From the sequence record NC_042307.1: 64,000 nucleotides of DNA. One strand, written 5' to 3'. This document shows, in pieces, positions 8,671-18,288 of this stretch. The stretch is from a phage. Numbering within the stretch: position 1 is the stretch's first letter; every line of letters starts with the position of its first letter. The position numbers and the translations under genes were made by a program. A model generated the notes under the pieces. It was not told the DNA's origin and made no database searches. It saw only the letters and a list, made by a program, of their open reading frames with translations.

Positions 8671-10483
8671 ATTAATTGAGAATTGCAAAGGTCTGCTCAC
8701 TCTAACTGCGGATAAGGACTTACAGCATAATAATGCTAATAAGCCTAGTGAGATGTTCCATACTCAAAGAGACTTATTGGCCGGAGAAATCAACAAATAT
8801 TTAGTATCGCAGGAATTACCCAAACATCTATTAGACGCCCATAATCTAGGTAAGATACACATTCATGATATGGATTACAGGGCGCAGGGGTACACTAACT
8901 GTTGCTTAGTAGACCTTGGTGGCATGCTGAAGAATGGTACTAAAATTGGTAATGCAAATATTGAAACTCCTAAATCCATAACTACTGCATGTGCAATCAC
9001 TGCTCAGATTATTGCCCAAGTATCTGGTGCTCAGTATGGTGGCACCTCTATTGATCGTATCGACGAGGTTCTAGCCCCGTATGTCAGAAAGTCTTACAAT
9101 AAACATCTGGGTCGTGGGCTACGTTGGCTCAAGGATGAAAGAAAAGCTGCTGTGTATGCTACTGAGCTTACTGAAAAAGAGTGTTATGATGCATTCCAAG
9201 CTCTAGAGTATGAAACTAATTCATTATTTAACTCTAATGGGCAGACCCCTTTTGTTACGCTTGGCTTTGGATTAGGTCAGGAGTGGGAGGAAAGGATGAT
9301 TCAGAAAGCCATCCTCCAAAATCGTATTAAAGGTTTAGGTGCTGCTGAGTCAACCCCTATCTTCCCTAAACTAGTATTCTCAGTTAAAGAAGGGTTAAAT
9401 AAAAATCCAGGCGATCCTAACTACGATATAAAACAGCTAGCACTTGAGTGTTCTGCTACCCGTATGTACCCAGACTATTTAAGCTATGAGAAAGTTGTAG
9501 CTGTTACTGGTGATTTTAAAGCCCCTATGGGTTGTCGTAGCTTTTTATCTGCTATCCCCTCCGGAGAAATTGCAGGGCGCAATAATTTAGGTGTAGTGTC
9601 TATTAATCTACCTATGGTTGCTGCTGAGGCAGATGGGGTTTTTGAAGATTTCTGGGATATTCTGGACAAATATGTGGATGAGGCTTTTGAAGCTCATGAT
9701 TTTTTCTTGGATAGACTTAAGAAAGTGAAGGCTAAACAAGCCCCTATTCTTTATATGCACGGTGGTTTTGGTGTGCGTTTAGATGGGGAAGAGTATGTAT
9801 GGCCTATTTTTGAGGGTAGATCTTCTGTATCTCTTGGATACATTGGGGTCTATGAGATGTGCCAAATAATGTTTAGTCTACCACAAACCCATAGGGATTG
9901 TATTGAATTTACAGAAGAAGTTCTTACTCACCTAAAAAATCGTTGCGAAGTTAAAGCTAATGAGACTAATCTTGGATTTAGCTTATACGCTACCCCTAGT
10001 GAGTCTCTATGTAATCGTTTTAATAAATTACTAGAACGTAGATTCCCAGAGTATTCTTGGTTAACAGACAAAGGCTATCTTACTAATAGTCACCATTTGG
10101 ACGTAAGAGAGAAGGTAGCCCCAGATACTAAATTTGAGTACGAAGCTCATTTTACCAAAATAGCTAATGGTGGTAATATATCGTTTGTGGAATTACCACA
10201 AATGAAAAAATTCCATAAAGCTCTTGAATACGTAGTAGATAAGGGACTAGAGTGTAGCCATTATATCGGTGTTAATATACCGATTGACGAGTGTTTCAAC
10301 TGTGGATATATGGGTGAATCTATTGCCTCTGAGCGTGGGTTTGTATGTCCAAGTTGTGGGTCTGAAGAAATAGAGGTTACACGTAGGGTTTGCGGGTACC
10401 TGGGATCCCCGGGCAGTAGGCCTTTCAATTCTGGGAAACAAAAAGAAGTGCTTGGTAGAGTAAAACACTTAAATCTTAAGTAA
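8657..10483 (+). CDS. nrdD: anaerobic ribonucleoside-triphosphate reductase
   Basis: 608 aa; C-terminal glycyl-radical motif RRVCGYLG and zinc site CPSCGS. Confidence 0.9.
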   Translation: MTENELIENCKGLLTLTADKDLQHNNANKPSEMFHTQRDLLAGEINKYLVSQELPKHLLDAHNLGKIHIHDMDYRAQGYTNCCLVDLGGMLKNGTKIGNANIETPKSITTACAITAQIIAQVSGAQYGGTSIDRIDEVLAPYVRKSYNKHLGRGLRWLKDERKAAVYATELTEKECYDAFQALEYETNSLFNSNGQTPFVTLGFGLGQEWEERMIQKAILQNRIKGLGAAESTPIFPKLVFSVKEGLNKNPGDPNYDIKQLALECSATRMYPDYLSYEKVVAVTGDFKAPMGCRSFLSAIPSGEIAGRNNLGVVSINLPMVAAEADGVFEDFWDILDKYVDEAFEAHDFFLDRLKKVKAKQAPILYMHGGFGVRLDGEEYVWPIFEGRSSVSLGYIGVYEMCQIMFSLPQTHRDCIEFTEEVLTHLKNRCEVKANETNLGFSLYATPSESLCNRFNKLLERRFPEYSWLTDKGYLTNSHHLDVREKVAPDTKFEYEAHFTKIANGGNISFVELPQMKKFHKALEYVVDKGLECSHYIGVNIPIDECFNCGYMGESIASERGFVCPSCGSEEIEVTRRVCGYLGSPGSRPFNSGKQKEVLGRVKHLNLK

Positions 10484-10490
10484 GCTAATC

Positions 10491-10529
10491 AGCCAGGTTG
10501 CTAGTCGACCTGGCTTTTATTTTATTTGC
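10491..10529 (+). terminator. rho-independent terminator after nrdD
   Basis: stem AGCCAGGT/ACCTGGCT then TTTTATTTTATTT. Confidence 0.7.
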
Positions 10530-10554
10530 TTTCAGCTAAAAATTTATGTATAAT
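10526..10554 (+). promoter_or_regulatory. T5-type early promoter TTGCTT-17-TATAAT
   Basis: followed by conserved ATAAATTTGAGAGG leader and ATG at 10583. Confidence 0.65.
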
Positions 10555-10582
10555 AGATTTATAAATTTGAGAGGAAAAGACT

Positions 10583-10960
10583 ATGAAAGTAAAACCCTAT
10601 ATCATTGTTTCAACCTGTGGGAGCTACCAATTAGCGGTAGAAACCATAGAAGAAGCTATTTTTGCTGCTACTGGTGATTATTCTCATCTTGAGGGGGTTG
10701 GTTATCCTACCATTATTGGTAATTGGGTGGAAACTAATTTAGATGTTAATCCATATAATTCTGATTATGAAGATGAAGAAGAGGTACAGGATAACATTGA
10801 ATTTGTATATAAAAGAATCTTAAGTATCTATGAGCATCAGGGCAGCCCTATTGAGTATGTGGATATTACTGAAGTAGCTAAGAAGCGCCTTAAATACGTT
10901 TATGCCAATTTTTCAAATGAAGACCTGGAAACAGTTGCAGTGGAGTTTAATAATGACTAA
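10583..10960 (+). CDS. hypothetical acidic protein (125 aa)
   Basis: ORF track; first gene after promoter. Confidence 0.5.
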   Translation: MKVKPYIIVSTCGSYQLAVETIEEAIFAATGDYSHLEGVGYPTIIGNWVETNLDVNPYNSDYEDEEEVQDNIEFVYKRILSIYEHQGSPIEYVDITEVAKKRLKYVYANFSNEDLETVAVEFNND

Positions 10961-11159
10961 GAATGTAAAACACCTTAAATATCGCTTAATTTACAACGGA
11001 CGTATGGAAACAGAAGACCTAGCTCAATTAGCTATTAATTCTAATGAGGTCACGGTACGTGCGTTAGCTATTGAAAAGTTGCGGGCTTCTTATGAAAGTC
11101 GTATTATGGAACTAGAGGAGAAACTTTATGGCATTCTCGAAGCCGATGCTACCCGATAA
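10953..11159 (+). CDS. hypothetical protein (68 aa)
   Basis: internal ATG of track ORF 10902..11159 chosen so that it overlaps the upstream stop (ATGACTAA). Confidence 0.4.
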   Translation: MTKNVKHLKYRLIYNGRMETEDLAQLAINSNEVTVRALAIEKLRASYESRIMELEEKLYGILEADATR

Positions 11160-11349
11160 TGGCTTAAATGCTGCGCTGGAAAATGCATTGATGCAGCAGT
11201 GGGAGGCTGGATATAAGGATGGGGTTGAATCTTGTGCAAAAATAATGGATATTATGGCTAATTCTGTAGTTGGGAAAGCCCATCCAGAAGTATCTGATAT
11301 ACTCCATAACCTTAGTAAAAACTTCAGAGAGCAGGTGAAAAATGCGTAG
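11128..11349 (+). CDS. hypothetical protein (73 aa)
   Basis: GAGGAG 7 nt upstream of ATG. Confidence 0.5.
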   Translation: MAFSKPMLPDNGLNAALENALMQQWEAGYKDGVESCAKIMDIMANSVVGKAHPEVSDILHNLSKNFREQVKNA

Positions 11350-12166
11350 ATTAATTATTATTAGTGGTGCAGGTTTGAGCGTTGAAAGTGGTGTACGAGC
11401 CTTCCGTACTGATACTGCTAGTGGTAAAGCATTGTGGGATGATTATGACTTAGAAGAGGTATGTAATATTCATGCCTTTCGTGGTAGCTTTTACCACAAA
11501 ACTCACGAGTTCTACAACAAACGTCGTGAAGAGTTAGAAACTGTTGAACCCAATCTTGCACACTTGCGTATTGGTGAGTGGTATAAACAATACCCAGGTC
11601 AAGTAGTAAACTTGACTACCAACGTTGATGACCTTATTGAGCGTGCTGGTGTTCCGCATAGTGACATTCTACATATTCATGGGTATTTAAAAGAGGTTGT
11701 TGTAGCTGACAGCTACAATAGCAGTAATAAACGAGTTATTGATGTTGGGTATAGCTCTATTGACCCGGATGATTATAAATGGGTTAAACCTAATGTAATC
11801 TTCTTTGGGGAGCATGCTCCAGCGTACGCAGAAATGTACAATATTTTTGATGGTATTACTAGTCAAGATATGATAGTTGTAGTTGGTTGCTCTAACCAAG
11901 TAATTAATTTCTACTGGGAATTATTTCCTATTCTTAACCGTACTGCTGCGAAACTTATGGTAGTTAACTACTATGATAGTGCCCTAGCGGCAGAACCAGG
12001 CTATCAAGGTATGACTCGTAGTGATATGTACCAACTGGAAGATCGTGGTATTCCTTACTGGAGTAAAGGTGCGGTAGATGCTTTCAGTGACCCTGGTTTT
12101 ATCGCTCGTGTAGAAGCTCATCTAGAGGGTAGACCTTATATGCCGGGGAAACAGACATGTCCATAG
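11342..12166 (+). CDS. SIR2-family (sirtuin-like) protein
   Basis: sirtuin motifs ISGAGLSVESGV..FR, LTTNVDDLIERAG, HIHGYL, KPNVIFFGE, VVVGCS; no Zn-ribbon cysteines. Confidence 0.6.
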   Translation: MRRLIIISGAGLSVESGVRAFRTDTASGKALWDDYDLEEVCNIHAFRGSFYHKTHEFYNKRREELETVEPNLAHLRIGEWYKQYPGQVVNLTTNVDDLIERAGVPHSDILHIHGYLKEVVVADSYNSSNKRVIDVGYSSIDPDDYKWVKPNVIFFGEHAPAYAEMYNIFDGITSQDMIVVVGCSNQVINFYWELFPILNRTAAKLMVVNYYDSALAAEPGYQGMTRSDMYQLEDRGIPYWSKGAVDAFSDPGFIARVEAHLEGRPYMPGKQTCP

Positions 12167-12339
12167 TTAAATCTGTGTATACACATCCTGATGATATATT
12201 TGTATGGGCGGATGGTAGTTGGTGTTATCGATGTGAGCTATGGGAAATGGACTATAAATCTGATGACTATGGTGTCATATATGTTGATACGGTTGAGTAT
12301 GATACGTTCTTAGCAAGGGACAAAAATGGAAATAAGTAA
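12157..12339 (+). CDS. hypothetical small protein (60 aa)
   Basis: ORF track. Confidence 0.4.
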   Translation: MSIVKSVYTHPDDIFVWADGSWCYRCELWEMDYKSDDYGVIYVDTVEYDTFLARDKNGNK

Positions 12340-12832
12340 TACTCCAATTATTTTTCTAGATATTGATGGGGTGCTCAACTCGAGCATCTCTCATCACCAT
12401 GCACCTAATGATGAAAAGATTTTCTTTGGAAGTGACTGGGTTTTTAAACCGCTTCTCAAGGCTTTTCAGGACTTTATTCGTCCTTCTCCAATAATGATTG
12501 TTGGGGTATCTTCATGGTTCTCTGTCAGGAATGAGATGGAGAACGTTCAGATTATGACCGGATTAGATCTTATCGATCGTTTTCTTGGTACAACGGATTT
12601 TACTGGTGGTGGGCTATCTAGGGGTAATTCTGTTCTTCGCTTCGTTGAAAAGTATAAGCTCAAACATTGGTGTGTGCTGGATGACGCTGGTGCTATGATG
12701 TATCAGTATCCAACGGTTATAGTCAATGGTAGAACTGGAATAAATCTTCAAGATTTAAGAGCTGTTAGCTATATGTTAGAATTTAGTCCAGATCTTGAAA
12801 TGTGTAAAGCCCTACAACAATTTAAGGTGTAA
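12326..12832 (+). CDS. HAD-superfamily phosphatase-like protein (possible nucleotidase)
   Basis: N-terminal HAD motif I IIFLDIDGVLN; AAGGGA upstream. Confidence 0.45.
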   Translation: MEISNTPIIFLDIDGVLNSSISHHHAPNDEKIFFGSDWVFKPLLKAFQDFIRPSPIMIVGVSSWFSVRNEMENVQIMTGLDLIDRFLGTTDFTGGGLSRGNSVLRFVEKYKLKHWCVLDDAGAMMYQYPTVIVNGRTGINLQDLRAVSYMLEFSPDLEMCKALQQFKV

Positions 12833-12834
12833 AT

Positions 12835-13263
12835 ATGTTTAATAATGTATTCTCTAAAGAAGCTAACCCAATATTGGTTAATTTTTGGCGTACTCTTCCA
12901 GACAACCTGTACAATGAGGCTATTAATGCCCTGAAAATATGGTGTGATAATAATGAAATCTCCTTTGCTTTTAGAGGTGAGGTTGAAGAATCTCCCTGTA
13001 TTGGTTTAATTGTGCAGGTAGAGGATGGTTTTGAAGAGATTGTCGGCTGGAAAGAGTTAGATGAAATGGGCTTGGTTTTTGCATTAAACTATAAGCTATT
13101 TATGCCCAATAAACACCGTATTGTTGTTAACTATAAAACCGGTGAATCTCCTGGTTTTCAAGTTAACGAACATTACGGTTGGTCTTACTCACCGGAAGAG
13201 GTAAATGATGGTATCCAGAAACTTCGTCGTTTTGGTTATCAAATTCCGGGTTTAACTGCCTAA
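12835..13263 (+). CDS. hypothetical protein, paralog A of a tandem pair
   Basis: 142 aa; shares a colinear motif series with 13273..13665, both ending ..PGL. Confidence 0.55.
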   Translation: MFNNVFSKEANPILVNFWRTLPDNLYNEAINALKIWCDNNEISFAFRGEVEESPCIGLIVQVEDGFEEIVGWKELDEMGLVFALNYKLFMPNKHRIVVNYKTGESPGFQVNEHYGWSYSPEEVNDGIQKLRRFGYQIPGLTA

Positions 13264-13272
13264 GGAGGCACA

Positions 13273-13665
13273 ATGGAACAAGTATACTGGCGTCAGATAG
13301 ACCCTAGTTTGGTGAAGCGTGCGGAGAAGCTGCTACAACGTTGGTTGGGGGTAAGACAAGCCTCCTTCACTTTTCCGGAGCAGCAAATAGACGATCCCTG
13401 TGTTGGTGTTTTTCTATCAGGCTACGCTGGGGAATGGGAATTGGATTGGAATGAATTGTCTGCTATAGGTCTAATTGTTGCCCTAAATTTCTCTTTGTTC
13501 CATCCACGTGGTTTGGCCATATGTCGTGTGCCTGAGGACGGTTGTTCGCCCCATCTTTTACAGGTGGAAGATGATATTTGGGAGTACACTCCAGATATTC
13601 TCAAAGAAGCCAAAGAACAATTAAACCGTGTTGGGATTTATGTTCCAGGCCTGAATGATGAATGA
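13273..13665 (+). CDS. hypothetical protein, paralog B of a tandem pair
   Basis: 130 aa; AAGGAGG upstream. Confidence 0.55.
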   Translation: MEQVYWRQIDPSLVKRAEKLLQRWLGVRQASFTFPEQQIDDPCVGVFLSGYAGEWELDWNELSAIGLIVALNFSLFHPRGLAICRVPEDGCSPHLLQVEDDIWEYTPDILKEAKEQLNRVGIYVPGLNDE

Positions 13666-13756
13666 TTTTTATTAGCTGAACTTTGTAATCCGGGCTATTA
13701 GTGCTCGGATTATTACATAATCTTTTCAGTCGATTGATAGTCAAAATAAATTGTCG

Positions 13757-13787
13757 TTGACAATTTGGATGGATTATGTAATAATAT
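13757..13787 (+). promoter_or_regulatory. sigma70-like promoter (TTGACA -35; -10 TAATAT-like) for the HNH gene
   Basis: TTGACA at 13757-13762; exact -10 placement ambiguous. Confidence 0.4.
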
Positions 13788-13804
13788 ATGTATTGGAGGT
13801 GAGG

Positions 13805-14257
13805 ATGTCATTCACACAGCAAGAACTTTTAGATAACTTCCGGTATGAAGAGGGTAAGTTATTTAGAACTACAGGAAGAAATGCAGGGAAAGAATGTTGT
13901 GTTTCTACGGGTAACGGATATTATCGTATATCTCTAGGGAATAGGACTATGCTTCGGCATAGAGCAATATTTTTAATGCATCATGGATACTTACCTGATT
14001 TAGTAGACCATGTGAATACTATAAAAGGTGATGATCGTATTGAAAATCTTAGAGAGCAGACAGTATCCGGTAATCTAAGAAATATCAAATATAAGAAAGG
14101 AATGCATGTTTACCCTTCTGGTAGTAAGAACTGGCAAGTGGTATTTACTATTAACCGTAAACGTATAGTTAAAGGAACATATGACAACTATGAGGTTGCA
14201 TGTTCTATGGCCAAGATGTTTAGAGGTCAATTATACGGTAGGGAATCAATCCAGTAA
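13805..14257 (+). CDS. HNH homing endonuclease
   Basis: MSFTQQELLDNFRYEEGKLF..GYYRISLGNRTMLRHRAIFLMHHGYLPDLVDHVN; GGAGGTGAGG upstream of ATG 13805. Confidence 0.7.
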   Translation: MSFTQQELLDNFRYEEGKLFRTTGRNAGKECCVSTGNGYYRISLGNRTMLRHRAIFLMHHGYLPDLVDHVNTIKGDDRIENLREQTVSGNLRNIKYKKGMHVYPSGSKNWQVVFTINRKRIVKGTYDNYEVACSMAKMFRGQLYGRESIQ

Positions 14258-14265
14258 AATTTCAT

Positions 14266-14295
14266 TTGCAAGGGAGTATTATTTTATAGTATAAT
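14266..14295 (+). promoter_or_regulatory. T5-type promoter (TTGCAA-18-TATAAT) with conserved CATAAATGAGAGA leader but no downstream ORF
   Basis: see findings. Confidence 0.45.
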
Positions 14296-14790
14296 ATTCC
14301 CATAAATGAGAGACATTAGTAAAAATTGATTTTGCTAATTTTTCTTGTTTACAATCCGCGATACGGAACAGTTAGGCTGCCCCATTAAGGGTTGTTTTAA
14401 CTATTACTAGTGTTTATATTGCATTAGTTAATCTTCAATTAAGTGATCTGTGTACCCTGAATTCGGAAAGGTAAATCCAAACCGTGCATATTTAGCTCGT
14501 TATATAGGCAGAGTTTTATATGGGGGTGCGAACGAAAAGAGCAGCGAATGGCGGCACGTACAGTAGTCACCTACCAATAGGATAGTGAGGACAAATAGAA
14601 TCGGCTTAGCGGCCAATGACCTAGGTTCTATTCTGTATATGAGCGAAGAGAGCACAGCACTGAGATATGATAACTTATTCATATTGTTTGATGATAATTG
14701 ATGTTTACGTAAATAGTAGTAATAGTTGTTCTATTCTTTCTGAATAGTCCTAAAGAAAAGATTTCGATTAACCAACACAGGAGTATTGTT

Positions 14791-17580
14791 GTGTTTTCTA
14801 TCCTCCAAGGTCACGCCGGATTTTCTCGTGATTTAGCAACAGGTATTTGGCGAGAAATCAAAGCGGAAGATTATACCTTTGCCAAGCGATTCTCGAAAGA
14901 GCATCCAGAAGGTAAACCAGCTTCTATGCCCTTCAAATTTGATGTAATAGAAGAGCACGACCCACAAAGCCTTGCCGAAATGTTACCCCTTATGAGACGT
15001 TTAACGTCTGATCCTCATATCGTTGCGGTACGAGGTCGATGTCTTGCACCAAAAAATAATGTGCGACGTAAGAAAGGTAACTTTAATGTATCTAATCCTA
15101 GTAATATTATTGCTATGGACGTGGATGGTATCCTAGATACCGGTGGGTACGACAAATTTAATCTTGTTGGTATGGCCCGCCACATTATTAAGATGTTGAA
15201 TAGTATTAGTGAGGATATGTTTCCTCTTGATGCAGGCTTTATAGCTCATGCATCGTCTTCGGCTGGGCTAAAACCAGGTATCCGAATGCACTTAATGCTA
15301 GAATCTAACGTCAAGGTAACTCAGGGTCAGCTAAAGTTCTTATTTACATCTATCAACGATAGCAGTAAGCAAAAATTTGGTTTTGATATTGCCGACCTAG
15401 CTTATTATTCATCTGTCCAGCTCCACTATTTTGCCGACCCCTTATTTAGCGATGGTATTGTTGATCCGTTTAAAGCGGAGAGTAAGCCACGTCTGGTGTA
15501 TGTTAAAGGTTCGAAAGTAAATTTGCCCAATAATCTGGTTGACTATGAAACAACTAGAGGGGAGTTTAAGGAAGAGTTTTATTCCTTACTTGATCAAATT
15601 AAAGGCAAAAAGATTGCTTCTGATAAAGTAGAAGAAACCATCAGCGAGTTAGAAGAGGCTGATGATGGAGTGTATTTGCGTATTATCCCCAAACTATATC
15701 ATAGAGCATTAGAGGATGGGGTTGATTTTGCATGGCTAGAACGTGAGATTAAACCAGCTTTATCTGAATATATTGCAACTAAAGATAACAGTCGTAATAT
15801 TCAAGATTACTTTAATAACGGTCGTAAGCAGGCTCTCAAAGCGTTTGTGAATAACTCCAAACGTGAGATTCCATTAAATCTGAAAGGTGTTCCACTTAAG
15901 AAATTAGAAGTGGATTCTCCACCAGAAGTTCCATACCTGAAGATTAACATTGTGCCCCCAAAAGGCCATATAACATTTGTTAAGGCAAGTCTTGGTACTG
16001 GTAAAACTACGGCAGTAACTAAATGGCTGGACGCAGGTGTTCTTCCTGGCAACTTTTTAGCAGTTACAAATACTAGAGCACTAGTGTCTTCAAATGCTAA
16101 GAAATTTAGTGCAGGACAATATGATAAGTCTGTAGATATGCTTAATTTCAAGCGTGGTGCTATTGACCGTATGTCCACAACTATTCACTCTTTGCACAAG
16201 TTTAAGAGTTTTATTGGTCAAATTGATGCAATCTTTATCGATGAATGTGATGCAGTAATGAATGACTTATTATTCGCCCCCGTTGTTAAACAACGTCGTG
16301 AATGTATTCAGGTTCTTCGGGATATTCTTGCAACTGCAAAAATAATTATATTATCTGATGGTGATATTAGTGCAGAAACAATTGAAGCCTATGGTTCTTT
16401 GATTGATTTTGATAAACCAGTAGCATTTTATAATCATCATCGTAAGATGCTGTCAAAAGCTCACGCTTATGAGTTTCCTGATGAATCCAGTATTTGGGTT
16501 GCACTTCAGACTTCTCTAGAAATGGGTGAGAAGTCCATTCTAGTATCTGATTGTGGGCCTGATGAGCTGAATGAGAAGGGTATGGCACTACGTCGTAATA
16601 CTGGTGCGTTAGTTAAGGAAATCCATTCAAACTCTACCTCAGATGTGGATATTCGACGTATTCTGGATTATACAACTAATGAGCTAATTGATCAACAAAT
16701 TGATTGCTTATTATGTAGTCCATCCGTAACGAGTGGCGTTGACTTCAACTATTTCGATAATGTATTTGTTATTACTAGAACCAGTAATCAGGCGCCGAAC
16801 ATGCGTTTCCAAGCAATCAGGCGCGACCGTGGTGCTCAGAACATCTATTATTTTATTGATAAATCCACTAGTGGGTTCTCCGCAGGTTCTGAACAATATA
16901 ATATTGATGAAGGTTGGCTGGAGTTAGCACAGCAATTATACGCACGTCGTAGAGAGCTGGAATCTAGAAACTATACTAGTACCTTACGTTATTATTTGCT
17001 TGATCAGGGCGCAACTATTGATATTTTCAGCGAAAGCTGGGGAACTATTGAAGGTGCTGGTAAAGAATATACAGAAGAGCGAATCAAAGCTATTCTGCAT
17101 TCAACTCCAGATTATTGTGCCCCACGTCATGCAGATGCATATGAAGCTAAACTACTTCTTGTTCGCTATTATCATCTTGAGTCTATTAAAGATGTAACAG
17201 TTGAGCATGTTGAACAATATATCAAAGATAAACCGAATGATCGAGCTGCATTCTTCCATAAGATGCACGAGATGTTCTGGGAAGATATTAAGAAGTGTTC
17301 AAATGTAACCATTAAACCATTCATAGAAGCTCTGAAAGGTAAGAAGAAAGACTTCTTCCTTAAAACAGGTCAGAGTGCTAACCCAAAATATGCTAGAATG
17401 TATCTTGGTATGATGGGTATTGGTAAGGATATGAACACTGAAAATATCGTAGACTGGTACAGAACCTATTGTAAAATCGAGTGTATGCCGATTCCTTTCA
17501 AATTCATGACTGACGAGGAAAAACATATGCATGATGAAGCAATGTCAGAGCTAGGTGCTAGAAATGACAGTGAAGAATAA
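14791..17580 (+). CDS. putative replication initiation / origin-binding protein with P-loop helicase-like domain (929 aa)
   Basis: Walker A SLGTGKTT, Walker B IFIDECD; GTG start with AGGAG upstream; size and position reminiscent of the T5 origin-binding protein gene. Confidence 0.5.
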   Translation: MFSILQGHAGFSRDLATGIWREIKAEDYTFAKRFSKEHPEGKPASMPFKFDVIEEHDPQSLAEMLPLMRRLTSDPHIVAVRGRCLAPKNNVRRKKGNFNVSNPSNIIAMDVDGILDTGGYDKFNLVGMARHIIKMLNSISEDMFPLDAGFIAHASSSAGLKPGIRMHLMLESNVKVTQGQLKFLFTSINDSSKQKFGFDIADLAYYSSVQLHYFADPLFSDGIVDPFKAESKPRLVYVKGSKVNLPNNLVDYETTRGEFKEEFYSLLDQIKGKKIASDKVEETISELEEADDGVYLRIIPKLYHRALEDGVDFAWLEREIKPALSEYIATKDNSRNIQDYFNNGRKQALKAFVNNSKREIPLNLKGVPLKKLEVDSPPEVPYLKINIVPPKGHITFVKASLGTGKTTAVTKWLDAGVLPGNFLAVTNTRALVSSNAKKFSAGQYDKSVDMLNFKRGAIDRMSTTIHSLHKFKSFIGQIDAIFIDECDAVMNDLLFAPVVKQRRECIQVLRDILATAKIIILSDGDISAETIEAYGSLIDFDKPVAFYNHHRKMLSKAHAYEFPDESSIWVALQTSLEMGEKSILVSDCGPDELNEKGMALRRNTGALVKEIHSNSTSDVDIRRILDYTTNELIDQQIDCLLCSPSVTSGVDFNYFDNVFVITRTSNQAPNMRFQAIRRDRGAQNIYYFIDKSTSGFSAGSEQYNIDEGWLELAQQLYARRRELESRNYTSTLRYYLLDQGATIDIFSESWGTIEGAGKEYTEERIKAILHSTPDYCAPRHADAYEAKLLLVRYYHLESIKDVTVEHVEQYIKDKPNDRAAFFHKMHEMFWEDIKKCSNVTIKPFIEALKGKKKDFFLKTGQSANPKYARMYLGMMGIGKDMNTENIVDWYRTYCKIECMPIPFKFMTDEEKHMHDEAMSELGARNDSEE

Positions 17581-17815
17581 AAAATGGGAAACAAGGAAGT
17601 TTCCAGTAAAAGAACGTAAAGTTCCTGTTTATGATACTTCGGAGAAGCTATGTAGGGTGGTTCCTGCTAGACTAGCATCCATAAATGGCATAGGCGCATG
17701 GTTGCTAAAGCAGAGAAAGCAAAGCATATCATTACGTATATCTTTTGAGTTAGACCAAATCTATAGAGAATTGGGAGAATTGATTAAAGAAAATGATAAC
17801 ACAGGAAGAGGTTAG
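17564..17815 (+). CDS. hypothetical small basic protein (83 aa)
   Basis: ATG overlaps the stop of the upstream gene. Confidence 0.35.
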   Translation: MTVKNKKWETRKFPVKERKVPVYDTSEKLCRVVPARLASINGIGAWLLKQRKQSISLRISFELDQIYRELGELIKENDNTGRG

Positions 17816-18251
17816 AGAGGCTTTTGAGTATGATCCTGAAACAGGCCATCTTAAATGGAAGAAAACAAGACAGAAGAGTCTAGTAGGTAAGTTTGCCGGT
17901 GGTAAACATAAAGGGTATATAAGAATAGGGTTTAAGCGTAGGCACTGGGGAGAACATCAGCTGGTATTCTTATATCATAAGGGGTACATACCAGAAGAGA
18001 TAGACCACAAAAACAGGATTAAAGATTGCAACTTTATAGAGAATTTAGAAGACTCCAATAGATCTAAGCAAATGCACAATATTAATGTACGTAAAGACAA
18101 TAAGTTGGGTGAGCCTAATATCTACATGAGGGGCGATAAATATTGTGTGCTAATGCAGAAAGGATCTATTCGTAAGTACCAGCAGTGCAATACTATAGAA
18201 GAGGCTAAAAAAGTTAGGGCTAATTTTAAGTCCGAACTCTATCCAAATTAA
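17793..18251 (+). CDS. HNH homing endonuclease
   Basis: MITQEEVREAFEYDPETGHL..GYIRIGFKRRHWGEHQLVFLYHKGYIPEEIDHKNRIKD. Confidence 0.7.
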   Translation: MITQEEVREAFEYDPETGHLKWKKTRQKSLVGKFAGGKHKGYIRIGFKRRHWGEHQLVFLYHKGYIPEEIDHKNRIKDCNFIENLEDSNRSKQMHNINVRKDNKLGEPNIYMRGDKYCVLMQKGSIRKYQQCNTIEEAKKVRANFKSELYPN

Positions 18252-18259
18252 AAATTTAT

Positions 18260-18288
18260 TTGCTTTCAGGAAAAATTTTCTGTATAAT
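18260..18288 (+). promoter_or_regulatory. T5 PN25-like early promoter (TTGCTT-17-TATAAT)
   Basis: AAAATTTATTTGCTTTCAGGAAAAATTTTCTGTATAATAGATTCATAAATTTGAGAGAGGAGTT matches the PN25 sequence as I recall it. Confidence 0.75.

Noticed and set aside
14500-14682. 60-aa minus-strand ORF with a hydrophobic segment
   Set aside because: No SD or promoter in front of it, opposite to all neighbouring genes, and inside a region better explained as regulatory or non-coding.
14258-14790. Possible tRNA gene(s) in the long intergenic region
   Set aside because: No T-loop-like GTTCRANYC motif with flanking 5-bp stem, no acceptor-stem pairing and no cloverleaf could be assembled on either strand. The T5 tRNA cluster is expected elsewhere in the genome.
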